Shown here one piece after another: positions 25,679 to 38,060 of a DNA stretch of 64,000 nt; within the stretch, counting starts at the first letter, position 1; the number at the start of each line of letters is the position of its first letter. The notes beneath the pieces were generated by a model. The model searched no databases. It was not told the origin of the DNA and was given only the letters and a program-made list of their open reading frames with translations. The stretch is from Pseudomonadota bacterium. Its GTDB lineage: Bacteria; Desulfobacterota; Desulfarculia; Desulfarculales; Desulfarculaceae. The position numbers and the translations under genes are program-made. The stretch spans positions 18,223-82,222 of the forward strand of contig JAZDIQ010000019.1 of the NCBI GenBank assembly GCA_043804825.1. The letters are read 5' to 3'.

Positions 25679-27148
25679 GTGCCCGCCAGGCTTATCCCCG
25701 CCCTCGCCTGCCTGTGCCTGTGTCTGCTCACGGCGGCCTGTCTCACCCCCGAGAGCTACACCTACCAGGCCGTGAAACAGGAGTTCGCCGCCAGCCGGCC
25801 GGAGCCCGCCGCGGCCGCCTCCCCGGGCCAGCCCCAGCCGGGCCAGCCGACGCCGGATTTGAGCCAGCCCCTGGACCTGCCGGCGGCCCTGGCCGTGGCC
25901 CTGGCCCAGAACCCCGACCAGGAGATGGCCCTCATGCGCATCCGGCAGTCGGAGGCCATGCTGGACCAGGCCCTGGCCGCCTTTTTGCCCATGCTATCGG
26001 CCTACACCGAGTTCGCCCGGGGTGACGTGCCCTCGGGCTACCTGTTCAAGACCATCGACCAGCGTCTCCTGCCGCCAAACACCAACTTCAACGACCCCGG
26101 CACCTTCCAGAACTGGGAATCGGGCCTGCGCCTGCGCTGGAACCTCTTCAGGGGCGGCCAGGATTACCTGGGCCGCCAGATGGCCGGCCTGGGGGTGGAT
26201 ATCAGGCACCTGGACCGCCTGGCCCTGGTCAACTCCCTGGTGGCCTCGGTGATCAAGGGCTTCTACAACTGCCTGGCCGCCGCCCAGTTCGAAGAGATCG
26301 CCCGGCAGGCGGTGGAAAACGTGCAGGCCCAGGTACGGGTGGCCCAGGTGCGCCACCAGGGCGGCGCGGCCCTCAAGTCCGACCTCCTGAGCCTGCAGGT
26401 GCGCCTGGCCCAGTCCCAGGAGGACCTGGTGCGGGCGCGCAACAACCACCTGCTGGCCCTGGCCGCCCTGGCCAACCTCTTGGGCGCCGACCCGGACACC
26501 CGGCTCAGCCTGCTGCCGGGCGGGGACCTGGCGGCGCGGGTGCCGCCGGCCTATGCCCAGGGGGTGGTGCTGGCCCTGGAGCGCCGGCCGGAGCTGCAAC
26601 GGGTGCGCCGGCAGGTGGTGAGCGCCCGCCTGGCCCTGGACGCGGCCCGCGCCCAATTTCTGCCCCGCCTGGACGCCCAGGCCACCTATTACTGGGACGA
26701 CCCCCAGGCCAGCTACGCCGGCGACCGCAGCAATTACAGCTACGGCCTCTTGATGAACTGGGACCTGTTCACCGGGCTGTCCACGGTCAAGGAGGGCGAC
26801 AAGGCCCGCGCCGCCCTGGGCGAGATGCTGGCCGCCGACCGCCAGGCCACCCTGAACATCCAACTGGACGTGAAGTCGGCCTACCTGGGCCTGGCCGAAT
26901 CCCTGGCCCGCCTGGAGGTGAGCCGCGCGGCGGTGGCCCAGGCCGAGGAGGCCCACCGCCTGGTGGGCCAGCAATACCAGGGCGGCGCGGTGGACGTGAC
27001 CCGCTTTCTGGACGCCGACCTGAACCTCAACGCCGCCCGGATCAGGGCTGCGGCCGCCGCCTTTGACACCCAGAAGTCGCGGGCGGACATCGCCCGCGCC
27101 CTGGGCCAATGGGCCGAGCTGGCCGCCAAGGAGCCGAACCAACCATGA
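25679..27148 (+). CDS. TolC-family outer membrane efflux protein (probable lipoprotein)
   Basis: Lipobox-like LLTAAC; two OEP repeats (ALAQNP...FLP; RRPEL...FLPRL); first gene of an OMF-MFP-RND trio. Confidence 0.88.
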   Translation: MPARLIPALACLCLCLLTAACLTPESYTYQAVKQEFAASRPEPAAAASPGQPQPGQPTPDLSQPLDLPAALAVALAQNPDQEMALMRIRQSEAMLDQALAAFLPMLSAYTEFARGDVPSGYLFKTIDQRLLPPNTNFNDPGTFQNWESGLRLRWNLFRGGQDYLGRQMAGLGVDIRHLDRLALVNSLVASVIKGFYNCLAAAQFEEIARQAVENVQAQVRVAQVRHQGGAALKSDLLSLQVRLAQSQEDLVRARNNHLLALAALANLLGADPDTRLSLLPGGDLAARVPPAYAQGVVLALERRPELQRVRRQVVSARLALDAARAQFLPRLDAQATYYWDDPQASYAGDRSNYSYGLLMNWDLFTGLSTVKEGDKARAALGEMLAADRQATLNIQLDVKSAYLGLAESLARLEVSRAAVAQAEEAHRLVGQQYQGGAVDVTRFLDADLNLNAARIRAAAAAFDTQKSRADIARALGQWAELAAKEPNQP

Positions 27149-28239
27149 ACAGCCAAAACCCCAAGGACAAGGGCCTGCGCCTGATCTATGTGGCCGGGGG
27201 TCTTCTGGCCCTGGTCCTGATCGTGCTCTACAGCGCCGGGGCCTTCACCACCGGCAAGATAGGGCCGGGCACCCCGCCGCCCACCGCCAGCCCGGCCCCA
27301 GCCCAGGAGGGCGCGCTCCTGGCCGAGCTGACCAGGGTGCCCCAGTACTACGAGGCCGTGGGCACGGTGCGGCCCTTGAGCCAGGCCACGGTGGCGGCCC
27401 AGGTGCCGGGCCGGGTGCTCCAGGTCTTGGCCCGGGCCGGCCAGGCGGTGCAAAAGGGCCAGCTCCTGGCGCGCCTGGAGGACCAGCAGTTCCAGGCCCG
27501 CCTGGCCCAGGCCCGTCAGGGACTGGCCGGCGCCGAGGCCAATCTGGAGCGGGCCGGCGCCGAGTATGAGCGGGTCAAGAAGTTCGCCCAGGCCGAGGCC
27601 GCCACCCCCCAAAACCTGGAGCAGGCCCGGGCCGCCTTCCTGGGGGCCCAGGCCGGCCTGGGCCAGGCCCGGCAACAGGTGCGGGAGGCCGAGGTGGCCC
27701 TGGGGCACACCCAACTGCTGGCCCCGGAGAACGGCCAGGTGGTCCAACGCCTGATCGAGCCCGGCGACCTGGCCCTGCCCGGCAAGCCCCTATTCAGCCT
27801 GCAGACCGTGGGAGGCCATCGCCTGGAGGCCCTGGTGCGCGAGGGCCTGATCGCCAAGGTCAAGGTGGGCGGGCAGGTCAAGGTGGAGATACCCAGCCTG
27901 GGCCGCGCCGTGGCCGGCCAGGTGGACGAGGTGGCCCCGTCGGCCGACCCGGCCACCCGCTCCTTCATGGTCAAGGTGGGGCTGGCGGCCACGCCGGGGC
28001 TGCACGCGGGCATGTTCGGGCGGCTCATGGTGCCCCTGGAGGAACGCCCGGCGGTGCTGGTGCCCCGTCAGGCATTGCGCCGGGTGGGGCAATTGGAGAT
28101 GGTTCGCCTGCTGACCGCCCAGGGCTGGCAGAGCGTCTACGTCACCACCGGCCGGGAGATGGACGGCAAGGTGGAGGTGCTATCGGGCCTCAAGGGCGGC
28201 GAGACCCTCAAGGCGGAGGGCGGCGGCGATGAGTCCTAG
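27145..28239 (+). CDS. RND efflux periplasmic adaptor (MFP)
   Basis: N-terminal TM, AQVPGRV...GQAVQKGQLL, LAPENG, DPATRSF, GMFGR, VEVLSGL; ATGA overlap with the OMF gene. Confidence 0.92.
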   Translation: MNSQNPKDKGLRLIYVAGGLLALVLIVLYSAGAFTTGKIGPGTPPPTASPAPAQEGALLAELTRVPQYYEAVGTVRPLSQATVAAQVPGRVLQVLARAGQAVQKGQLLARLEDQQFQARLAQARQGLAGAEANLERAGAEYERVKKFAQAEAATPQNLEQARAAFLGAQAGLGQARQQVREAEVALGHTQLLAPENGQVVQRLIEPGDLALPGKPLFSLQTVGGHRLEALVREGLIAKVKVGGQVKVEIPSLGRAVAGQVDEVAPSADPATRSFMVKVGLAATPGLHAGMFGRLMVPLEERPAVLVPRQALRRVGQLEMVRLLTAQGWQSVYVTTGREMDGKVEVLSGLKGGETLKAEGGGDES

Positions 28240-31200
28240 CCCCAACCCCGGACCCGAGCCCCTGGGCTGGGTGGAGCGGGTGGTGGAGACCTTCCTGTCG
28301 GCCCGCTACTCCATCCTGTTCATGCTCCTGGCGGCCCTGCTGGGATTTTGGGGCGTGCAGGCCACCCCCCGCGAGGAGGAGCCCCAGATCGTGGTGCCCA
28401 TGGCCGACGTCATGGTGGCCGCGCCGGGGGCCAGCGCCGAGGAGGTGGAGAAGCTGGTGGCCACCCCCCTGGAGCGCCTGTTGTGGCAGATAGACGGCGT
28501 GGAGCACGTCTATTCCATGAGCCGCCCCGGACTGGCCATGGTCACGGTGCGCTTCTTCGTGGGCCAGGACCGCGAGCGCTCGCTGGTCAAGCTGCGCAAC
28601 AAGATATCCATGAACGTGGACCAGGTCCCGGCCCTGGTGCGGGGCTGGGTGGTCAAGCCCATGGAGATCGACGACGTGCCCATCCTCAACCTCACCCTTT
28701 ACTCCGACCGCTACGACGACCACGCCCTCCGGCGCATCGGCGAGGAGGTGCTGGCCCGGCTCAGCGAGGTGCCCGATGTCTCGCGCACGGCCCTGCTGGG
28801 CGGGCGGGCGCGCGAGGTGCGGGTGGAGCTGGACCCCGGTCGCCTGGCCGGCGTGGGGCTTGGCCCCCTGGCGGTGCGCCAGGCGCTCATGGGCGCCGAC
28901 CTGGCGGCCCAGGCCGGTGAGTTCAACCAGGCCGACCGGGCCATCACCGTCAGCAGCGAGGGCTTCTTGCAGACCGCCGCCCAGGTGGGCGCGCTGGTGG
29001 TGGGCGCGCACCAGGGCCGGCCGGTGTATCTGCGCGATGTGGCCGATGTCAAGGACGGCCCCCAGGAGGCCGTGAGCTACACCCGCCTGAGCCACTCGGC
29101 GCGCTATCAACAAGACCACGGCCTCAAGGACCCCGCCCAGGGCTATCCCGCCGTGACCCTGGCCCTGGCCAAGAAAAAGGGCACCAACGCCGTGAGCGTG
29201 TCGAAAGGCGTGCTCACGCGGCTGGAAGAGCTCAAGCGCGACGTGATCCCCAGCGGGGTGGAAGTGGCCGTCACCCGCGACAACGGCCGCACCGCCCAGG
29301 ACAAGTCCGACGAACTTATCCACGAGCTGGTCTTCGCGGTGCTGACCGTGGTGGTGCTCATGGCCCTGACCCTGGGCTGGCGCGAGGCCCTGATCGTGGC
29401 CCTGTCGGTGCCCCTGTCCTTTGCCCTGGCCTTGTTCGTCAACCATCTCCTGGGCTACACCATCAACCGGGTGACCATGTTCGCCCTGATCCTCTCCCTG
29501 GGCCTGGTGGTGGACGACCCCATCATCAACGTGGACAACATCCAGCGCCACATCCTCATGGGCCGCCGAAAGCCGGCCCAGGCCACCCTGGCGGCGGTGG
29601 CCGAGGTGCTGCCGCCGGTGATCATGTCCACCCTGGCCATCATGGTGGCCTTTTTGCCGCTGTTCTTCATCACCGGCATGATGGGTCCCTACATGGCCCC
29701 CATGGCGGCCAACGTGCCCTTGACCGTGGGCTTCTCGCTCATCTGCTCGCTGACCGTGGTGCCCTGGCTGTGCTACCTGTTGCTCAAGGGCCTGGCCCCG
29801 CGGCCCGGCCAGGACGGCGGCCAGGCCGAGCACGACCCCACCCCGGAGTGGCTCAGGCAGGGCTACCGGCGGTTGGTGGAGCCCTTCATGGACTCTCGCG
29901 CCCGGCGCTGGCTATTGGCCGGGGGCATCGTGCTGGCCCTACTGGGTTGCGTGGCCCTGGTGGGCTATCGTCAGGTGCCGGTGAAGATGCTGCCCTTTGA
30001 CAACAAGAGCGAGCTGCAACTGGTCCTCGACCTGCCGGCCGGCTCCACCCTGGAGGCCACCGACCGGGCGGTGCGCGACTTCGAGGCCTTTTTGGCCCAG
30101 GTGCCGGAGGTCACCGAGATCATCTCCTACGCCGGCCTGGCCTCGCCCATGGATTTCAACGGCCTGGTGCGCCACTACTACCTGCGCCAGGGCGGCAACG
30201 TGGCCGATATACGCTTCAACCTGGTGCCCAAGGACCAGCGCCAGCAGCAGAGCCACGAGATCGCCCTGCGCCTGCGCCAGGGCCTGACCACGGTGGCCGC
30301 CCGCCACGGCGTCAATCTCAAGATCGTGGAGGTGGCCCCCGGGCCGCCGGTGCTCTCCACCCTGGTGGCCGAGGTCTACGGCCCGCCCGACCTGGCCTAT
30401 GCCCAGCTCCTGGACAGCGCCCTCCACCTGCGCGGGGTCATGGCCGCCCAGCCCCTGTTGGTGGACCTGGACCATAGCGGCGAGGCCAGCCATGAGCGCC
30501 TGGACTTCCGGTTGGACAAGGAAAAGGCCGCCCTGCACGGGGTCTCCAACCAGGCCGTGCTGGCCACCCTGGGCCTGGCGGTGGCCGGTGAGGCCCCGGC
30601 CAGCCTGCACGCCCCCGGCGAGCGCCAGTCCCTGCCCATCCGCCTGACCCTGCCGCGCCAAAAGCGCTCCAGCCCCGCCGATCTGGGGCAACTGCCCGTG
30701 CAGACCGCCACGGGGGCCACGGTGCCCCTGGCCGAGCTGGGCGTATTCCTGCCCCGGCCGGTGGACCAGCCCATCTACCACAAGGACCTCAAGCGGGTGG
30801 TCTTCCTCTATGCCGAGCTGGCCGGCCGCGCCCCGGCCGAGGCGGCGCTGGACTTGCAGTCGGAGCTGAAGAAACAGCCCCTGCCCCACGGCTCCTGGGT
30901 GGACTGGGTGGGCGAGGGCGAGTGGCAGATAACCGTGACCGTGTTCCGCGACCTGGGGCTGGCCTTTGCGGCGGCCCTGGTGGGCATCTACATCCTCCTG
31001 GTGGTGCAGACCAACTCCTTTTTCATGCCCCTGCTCCTGATGCTGGCCATACCCCTGACCATCCTGGGCATCGCGCCGGGCTTCTGGCTCTTGGGGCTGG
31101 TCAGCGCCGCCCCGGTGGGCGGCTACCCCAACCCGGTCTTCTTCACCGCCACCAGCATGATCGGCATGATCGCCCTGGGGGGCATCGTCATCCGCAACTC

Positions 31201-31465
31201 GGTGGTGCTGATCGACTTCGTGCACGAGGCGGTCAAGCAGGGCCTGGGCCTGCGCGAGGCCCTGTTGGAGAGCGGGGCCGTGCGCCTAAGGCCCATCGTG
31301 CTCACGGCCCTGGCCGCGGCGGTGGGGGCCTGGCCCATCACCCTGGACCCCATCTTCTCGGGCCTGGCCTGGGCTCTCATCTTTGGGCTGTTCGCCTCCA
31401 CGGCCTTCACCCTGGTGGTGATCCCGGTCACCTACTACGCCTTCTACCACGGCAAGCAGGGCTAG
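28229..31465 (+). CDS. RND efflux permease (AcrB/CusA superfamily)
   Basis: 1078 aa; PREEEPQIVVP, GLVVDDPII, RNSVVLIDF, RLRPIVLT. Confidence 0.93.
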   Translation: MSPSPNPGPEPLGWVERVVETFLSARYSILFMLLAALLGFWGVQATPREEEPQIVVPMADVMVAAPGASAEEVEKLVATPLERLLWQIDGVEHVYSMSRPGLAMVTVRFFVGQDRERSLVKLRNKISMNVDQVPALVRGWVVKPMEIDDVPILNLTLYSDRYDDHALRRIGEEVLARLSEVPDVSRTALLGGRAREVRVELDPGRLAGVGLGPLAVRQALMGADLAAQAGEFNQADRAITVSSEGFLQTAAQVGALVVGAHQGRPVYLRDVADVKDGPQEAVSYTRLSHSARYQQDHGLKDPAQGYPAVTLALAKKKGTNAVSVSKGVLTRLEELKRDVIPSGVEVAVTRDNGRTAQDKSDELIHELVFAVLTVVVLMALTLGWREALIVALSVPLSFALALFVNHLLGYTINRVTMFALILSLGLVVDDPIINVDNIQRHILMGRRKPAQATLAAVAEVLPPVIMSTLAIMVAFLPLFFITGMMGPYMAPMAANVPLTVGFSLICSLTVVPWLCYLLLKGLAPRPGQDGGQAEHDPTPEWLRQGYRRLVEPFMDSRARRWLLAGGIVLALLGCVALVGYRQVPVKMLPFDNKSELQLVLDLPAGSTLEATDRAVRDFEAFLAQVPEVTEIISYAGLASPMDFNGLVRHYYLRQGGNVADIRFNLVPKDQRQQQSHEIALRLRQGLTTVAARHGVNLKIVEVAPGPPVLSTLVAEVYGPPDLAYAQLLDSALHLRGVMAAQPLLVDLDHSGEASHERLDFRLDKEKAALHGVSNQAVLATLGLAVAGEAPASLHAPGERQSLPIRLTLPRQKRSSPADLGQLPVQTATGATVPLAELGVFLPRPVDQPIYHKDLKRVVFLYAELAGRAPAEAALDLQSELKKQPLPHGSWVDWVGEGEWQITVTVFRDLGLAFAAALVGIYILLVVQTNSFFMPLLLMLAIPLTILGIAPGFWLLGLVSAAPVGGYPNPVFFTATSMIGMIALGGIVIRNSVVLIDFVHEAVKQGLGLREALLESGAVRLRPIVLTALAAAVGAWPITLDPIFSGLAWALIFGLFASTAFTLVVIPVTYYAFYHGKQG

Positions 31466-31592
31466 GCGCCCCGCCCCGGTCTCACCGGGCGGCGGCCGGG
31501 CCGGGCGATGGCGGGTCGGCGCGCCTATTGCGGGAGCGCCGGGCGGTGTGGTACTGAGACAAGGTGGGTTTCCCCAGGCAGGAATAATCAGG

Positions 31593-33163
31593 ATGCTCCA
31601 GATGGCTCCCAGCGCGCCTGGCTCCTCCCCGCCCGCCGAAGGCGACGCGCAAGATGCGCCCGCCTCCGAGTTCCTGGGCTGGCTGGACGCCAACAAAAAA
31701 GACATCATGCGGGAATGGGCGGAGCGCCTGGGCGCCCTCTCGCCCCGCTATAGCCAACGTCCGCTGCCGGAGTTGCGCTACACGGTGCGCGGGGCCTTCC
31801 ATGCCTACCGCGAGGCCCTCGCCTCCGGGAGCATGTTCCGCATAGAGCAGTTCATCGATTACATCACCCGCAAGCGCCTGAAAGCGGGTTTTTCGCTCTC
31901 GGACGTGCAGAAGGCCTTTGAGCTGTTCCGCTCCATTGTCCTGGCCCGCCTGCTTCTGCCCGCCAATCGGCATCTGCTCAGCGGGGCCCTGCTGCCCCTG
32001 GACAACTGCCTGGCCTACACCATCCACTGCTTCTCCGACCACTTTCAGCGCATGCACGACCTGTTGGTCAACAACCACGCCCGCGAGCTGGAGCGCCAGG
32101 TGCTGGAACGCACCGCCGAGCTGGCCGACGAGCGCCGGCGCTACAAGGCCCTGGTGGAGGAGATCAGCGACGGGTTCTTCGTCATCCAGCGCGGGCGCAT
32201 TCTCTTCGCCAACCCCGCCTTCTGCCGCATGCACGGCGTGACCTGGGAGGAGGCGGAGGGCAAATCCTTTTTACGCTACGTGGCCCCGGACTCCCGACCC
32301 CTGGTGCGTCAGGCCTATAGCAACGCCCAGGCCGGCCAGGAGTCCCCCCGCTGCCTGGAGTACAACCGCCTGGGCTGCCCATCCGAGCGGGCCGCCACCG
32401 AGATGAAGGCCCGCCTGGTGGACCTGGGCCAGGGACGGGTGACCATCGGCATCTGCCGGGACGTCAGCGAGCGCGCGGTCATGGAGGCCAAGGTGCGCGA
32501 GCACGAGCGCCTGGCCTACCTGGGGCAGCTCACGGCCTCCTTGAGCCACGAGATACGCAATCCCCTGTCGGCCATCAAGATGAACATGCAGATACTTAGC
32601 CGCAAGCTGGAGCTGGACGGCTTCGACCGGCGGCGCCTGGACATCACGGCCCAGGAGGTGATGCGCCTGGAGCTGATCATGCGCCAGCTCCTGGACACCG
32701 TGCGCCCCATGCAATTAGAGCCGGCGCCGGTGGACTTGGCCGGCCTGGTCCGGGGCTGCCTGGAGCTTTTGGAGCCGCGCCTCAACGAAAGCGGCATCCA
32801 GGTCTGCCAGCGGCACGCCCGCAACCTGCCCCTCAGCGTGGGCGACGCCGGCAATTTGCAGCAGGCCGTGCAGAACCTGTTGCTCAACGCCCTGGAGGCG
32901 GCGCGGCCGGGCGGGCGCATCACGGCGTGGACCCGCCGGGGCCGGGCCCAGGGCCGGCCTTTCTTGGAGATCGGCGTCAGCGACAACGGCCCGGGCATCG
33001 CGCCGGCCGACCTGCCCCGGCTGTTCAAGCCCTTTTTCACGCGCAAGCCCCTGGGCACCGGCCTGGGGCTGGTCAACGTCAAGCGCATCACCGAGGCCCA
33101 TGGCGGCAGCGTGGTGGTGCGCAACCGCCCCGGCCAGGGGGTCTCCTTCGCCCTGAGGCTGCC

Positions 33164-33176
<13 letters not shown>
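31593..33176 (+). CDS. cytoplasmic histidine kinase with an RsbRD-N/globin-like N-terminus and PAS domain
   Basis: No TM; helical N-domain (DIMREWAERL...KAGFSLSDV), PAS (FANPAFCRMHG), H-box SHEIRNPL, NLLLNA, DNGPGI, FFT.K..GTGLGL. Start uncertain (31548-31602). Confidence 0.88.
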
Positions 33177-34528
<1,352 letters not shown>

Positions 34529-34565
34529 GAGCTGGTAAAAAACTGGAAACGGCAGCCGGAGTAGC

Positions 34566-34582
34566 TGCAAAATAGCTTTACA
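34566..34582. promoter_or_regulatory. upstream activator (enhancer) site candidate
   Basis: TGCAAA-N5-TTTACA near-palindrome ~100 bp upstream of the sigma54 promoter, separated from it by an AT-rich tract. Confidence 0.45.
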
Positions 34583-34676
34583 CTCCAAGCCCTCCCCTGC
34601 GCGCCCAGCCGGCGCCCATCGCATAAAAACCAGCAATATTAATTCGTAATCTCAATGCCTCCCTGCCGGAAATGCA

Positions 34677-34692
34677 TGGCACAGCCCTTGCT
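34677..34692 (+). promoter_or_regulatory. sigma54 -24/-12 promoter
   Basis: TGGCACAGCCCTTGCT (GG-N10-GC, near consensus), 84 nt upstream of the ligase ATG. Confidence 0.85.
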
Positions 34693-34775
34693 CTTCTCGC
34701 AGCCGTTGGGGCCTGCGGAGACGGCCTGCTAGTTGAAATGGCCACCGGACACCGGCGTCGGAGTGGAGAGTTCCC

Positions 34776-36371
34776 ATGGATGATCATACTTTTCGTGTTG
34801 AGCCTACCGAGGATTCCAGCCGTTTGGTTTTTGCGCCTTGCTTTAACGTTGCCAGCCATTTCATAGACCGCCATGTGCCAGAGGGGCGCGGGGAACAGGT
34901 GGCCATCCTTTGCGACGGCGGCGGGTCGGTGACCTACGCCCAGTTGGCCCAGGGCGTCAACCGCGCCGGTCAGGCCCTCAAGGGCCTGGGCCTGGTCCGG
35001 GGCGACCGGGTGCTGATGATGATCAAGGACGCGCCCGAGTTCTTCTACGTCTTCTGGGGCGCCATCAAGGCCGGCATCGTGCCGGTGCCCATCAACACCA
35101 TCCTGCGGGCCAAGGACTACAAGTTCATGCTGGAGGACTCGGGCTGCGGGGCGGTGATCTACTCGCCGGAGTTCGCCGAGGAGGTGGAGAGCGCCCTGGC
35201 CCAGGCCCAGCCCGCGCCCCCCCACGCCCTGCGCACCGAGGGCGCCGGCCAGACCCTGGACTCGCTCATGGCCCAGGCCAGCGACCAGCTGGACCTGTGC
35301 CCCGCCAGCCCCACCGATGATTGCTTCTGGCTCTACTCCTCCGGCTCCACCGGCGCCCCCAAGGGCACCGTGCACTCCCAACGCGACATGGTGGTCACCA
35401 GCTATTTCTTCGCCCAGCGGCTCCTGGACGTGGGACCCAAGGACGTCTTCTTCTCGGCCGCCAAGCTGTTCTTCGCCTACGGCATGGGCAACGGCATGTA
35501 CTTCCCCCTGTGGGCCGGGGCCACGGCGGTGCTCTCGGCGGCCCGCCCCACGCCGGATTCCACCTTCTCGGTCATCGAGAAATTCCGGCCCAGCCTCTAC
35601 TTCGGGGTGCCCACCCTCTACGCGGCCCAATTGGCGGCCCTGGAGAACGGCGGGCGCGACCTGTCCTCCTTGCGCGCCTGCGTCTCGGCCGGCGAGGCCC
35701 TGCCGGCCGACATCCTGCGGCGCTGGCAGGAGCACACCGGCCTGGAGATCCTGGACGGCATCGGTTCCACCGAAGTGCTGCACATCTTCATCTGCAACCG
35801 CCCCGGACAGACGGTGCCCGGCTCCAGCGGGCGCATGGTGGAGGGCTATCAGGCCCGCGTGGTGGACAACCAGGGCCAGGACCTGGAGGACGGCTCAGCG
35901 GGCCGGCTGTGGGTGCGCGGCGATTCCACGGCCAAGTACTACTGGAACAACCCCACCAAGACCGCCGGCACCATGCTGGGCGACGGCTGGCTGGACACCG
36001 GCGACACCTACTACCGCGACTCCGAGGGCCTGTTTTTCTATTGCGGGCGCAACGACGACATGCTCAAGGTGGGAGGCATCTGGTGCTCGCCCTTTGAGAT
36101 CGAGGCCAAGGTCATCGAGCACCCCCAGGTGCTGGAGGCGGCCGTGGTGGGCCAAAGTGACGAGAACGGGCTGGTCAAGCCCGCGGCTTATGTGGTGCTG
36201 AAAAACGCGGCGACGGCCTGCGACGACCTGCGCCAGGAACTATTGAAGCTGTGCAAGGGCGGCCTGGCCCCCTACAAGTATCCCCGCTGGATCACCTTCG
36301 TGGACGAGCTGCCCAAGACCGCCACCGGCAAGATCCAGCGCTTCAGGCTGCGCTCGCAGGCCCAGGCCTAG
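34776..36371 (+). CDS. benzoate-CoA ligase family protein
   Basis: FWLYSSGSTGAPKG, FSAAKLFFAYGMGN, DGIGSTE.LHIF, LKVGGIWCSPFEIE, PKTATGKIQRF. Confidence 0.9.
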   Translation: MDDHTFRVEPTEDSSRLVFAPCFNVASHFIDRHVPEGRGEQVAILCDGGGSVTYAQLAQGVNRAGQALKGLGLVRGDRVLMMIKDAPEFFYVFWGAIKAGIVPVPINTILRAKDYKFMLEDSGCGAVIYSPEFAEEVESALAQAQPAPPHALRTEGAGQTLDSLMAQASDQLDLCPASPTDDCFWLYSSGSTGAPKGTVHSQRDMVVTSYFFAQRLLDVGPKDVFFSAAKLFFAYGMGNGMYFPLWAGATAVLSAARPTPDSTFSVIEKFRPSLYFGVPTLYAAQLAALENGGRDLSSLRACVSAGEALPADILRRWQEHTGLEILDGIGSTEVLHIFICNRPGQTVPGSSGRMVEGYQARVVDNQGQDLEDGSAGRLWVRGDSTAKYYWNNPTKTAGTMLGDGWLDTGDTYYRDSEGLFFYCGRNDDMLKVGGIWCSPFEIEAKVIEHPQVLEAAVVGQSDENGLVKPAAYVVLKNAATACDDLRQELLKLCKGGLAPYKYPRWITFVDELPKTATGKIQRFRLRSQAQA

Positions 36372-36625
36372 GGCTCATCGCGCGGAATTGGTTCTTTAGG
36401 GTGCCTTGATCCACCGAGAGGGGCCGGGGTGACGCGGGGTGGATGTTAAACGCCCCGGCCCCCTCTCCTTCCTCCGCCCCGGCAAGGGGCGGCCAGGGAC
36501 ACCCCGGCCCTGACGCCGCGGCGCCAGGCACCAAGAGCACGACTGGCCCCGGGGAGGGCCGCTGAACGGCCCCGCCCCGCCCGTACGCGCCCCACGCCGG
36601 TGGAGGCCGCATTAAGGAGCTTGGC

Positions 36626-38029
36626 ATGAGCAAGACCCGTGTCATGGGTCTGATAGTAATCACGATCGCGGCGGTGCTGATCGCCCTGGTCAAACCTCTG
36701 ACCAACCTGAGCCCCCAAGGGCACCACATCCTGGCCGTGGTGATGGTAACCCTGGGGCTGTGGATATTCCGGGATTCCGCCCTGGCCTACTTCGCGGGCG
36801 GGGCGATGCTGTTGGGCGGCTCGCTGGCCTTTGGCCTGCCGCTGGCCACCGTGGCCGCCGGTTTCGCCAGCTCGGCGGTCTGGGTGCTGATCCCGGCCCT
36901 GTTCTTCGGCTTCGCCCTGGTCAAGACCGGCCTGGGCAAGCGCATCGCCTTCTTGGTGCTCAAGACCTTCGAGCCCAGCTATGGCTCGGTGGTCCTGAGC
37001 TGGTGCATCATCGGCCTTCTTCTCTCGGCCCTGACCCCCTCCATCACCGTGCGCATCGCCATCGTGATGCCCATCGCCATGAACCTGGTGGAGGCCTGCA
37101 AGCTGCCCGACCGCTCCCGGGGCTCGGCCCTGATCAACCTGGTGGCCTGGGCCAGCGCCCTGATCCCCGGCACCTGCTGGCTCACCGGCTCCCTGTGGGG
37201 CGTGTTCATGCTGGGCTTCTACCCCGCCGAGATCAAGCCCTTGGTCACCTTCGGCTCCTGGTTCGAGTACATGGCCGTGCCCTGGGCCATCGCCACCGTG
37301 GTCTTCGTGGTGCTGCTCTACCTGGTGATGAAGCCCAAGGAGCCGCTTTCCATACCCAAGGACGCCTTTGAGAAACAATACGCCGCCCTGGGCAAGGTCT
37401 CCCGCCAGGAGATACTCACCGCCGTGATCCTGCTTTCGGCGCTGTTCATGTTCGCCACCGAGAAATTCCACCACATCTCCACGCCGGCGGTGGCCCTCTT
37501 CGCCTTCTTGGCCCTGATGCTCTTCAGGATCGTCACCTTCCCCGAGATATCCACCGGCGTCAACTGGGACATCATCTACTTCTTCGGCGCGGCCATCAGC
37601 CTCTCCTCCATCCTGATCAAGGCCGGCATCACCGGCTGGATGCGCCCCCTGATAGAGCCCGGCGTGCTGGCCTTCGCCGACCAGCCCATGATGCTGCTCT
37701 TCGTCATCGTGGGCGGCATGTGGCTGATCAGGTTCCTGGACGTGCCCTGGGGCTTCTCCACCATCGCGCTCACCGCGCCTCTGTTCATTCCCCTGCACCA
37801 GGTGCACCACCTGCACCCCGCGTTGATCAGCGTGGCGGTCATCGCCGCCGGCAACTCCTTCTTCATGTCCTACCAGCAGCCCTTCATCACCATGGGCGAG
37901 GCCATGACCAAGTCGCGGGCCTGGACACCAGGCCACGTCAGCGCGGGCGGAGCCGTCTACGCCGTGGCGGTGCTGGGCGGCATCTTCCTGGCCAGCTTCT
38001 ACTGGAAAGCCATGGGGTTGATGCCCTAG
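36626..38029 (+). CDS. DASS/SLC13-family anion (carboxylate) transporter
   Basis: GFASSAVW, KTGLGKRIA, TPSITVR, NWDII; highly hydrophobic. Confidence 0.85.
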   Translation: MSKTRVMGLIVITIAAVLIALVKPLTNLSPQGHHILAVVMVTLGLWIFRDSALAYFAGGAMLLGGSLAFGLPLATVAAGFASSAVWVLIPALFFGFALVKTGLGKRIAFLVLKTFEPSYGSVVLSWCIIGLLLSALTPSITVRIAIVMPIAMNLVEACKLPDRSRGSALINLVAWASALIPGTCWLTGSLWGVFMLGFYPAEIKPLVTFGSWFEYMAVPWAIATVVFVVLLYLVMKPKEPLSIPKDAFEKQYAALGKVSRQEILTAVILLSALFMFATEKFHHISTPAVALFAFLALMLFRIVTFPEISTGVNWDIIYFFGAAISLSSILIKAGITGWMRPLIEPGVLAFADQPMMLLFVIVGGMWLIRFLDVPWGFSTIALTAPLFIPLHQVHHLHPALISVAVIAAGNSFFMSYQQPFITMGEAMTKSRAWTPGHVSAGGAVYAVAVLGGIFLASFYWKAMGLMP

Positions 38030-38039
38030 CGCCCGTGGA

Positions 38040-38060
38040 AAAAAGCCGGCCCCGGCTTTC
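38040..38060 (+). terminator. short terminator-like hairpin
   Basis: AAAGCCG-gccc-CGGCTTT just after the DASS stop codon. Confidence 0.45.
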
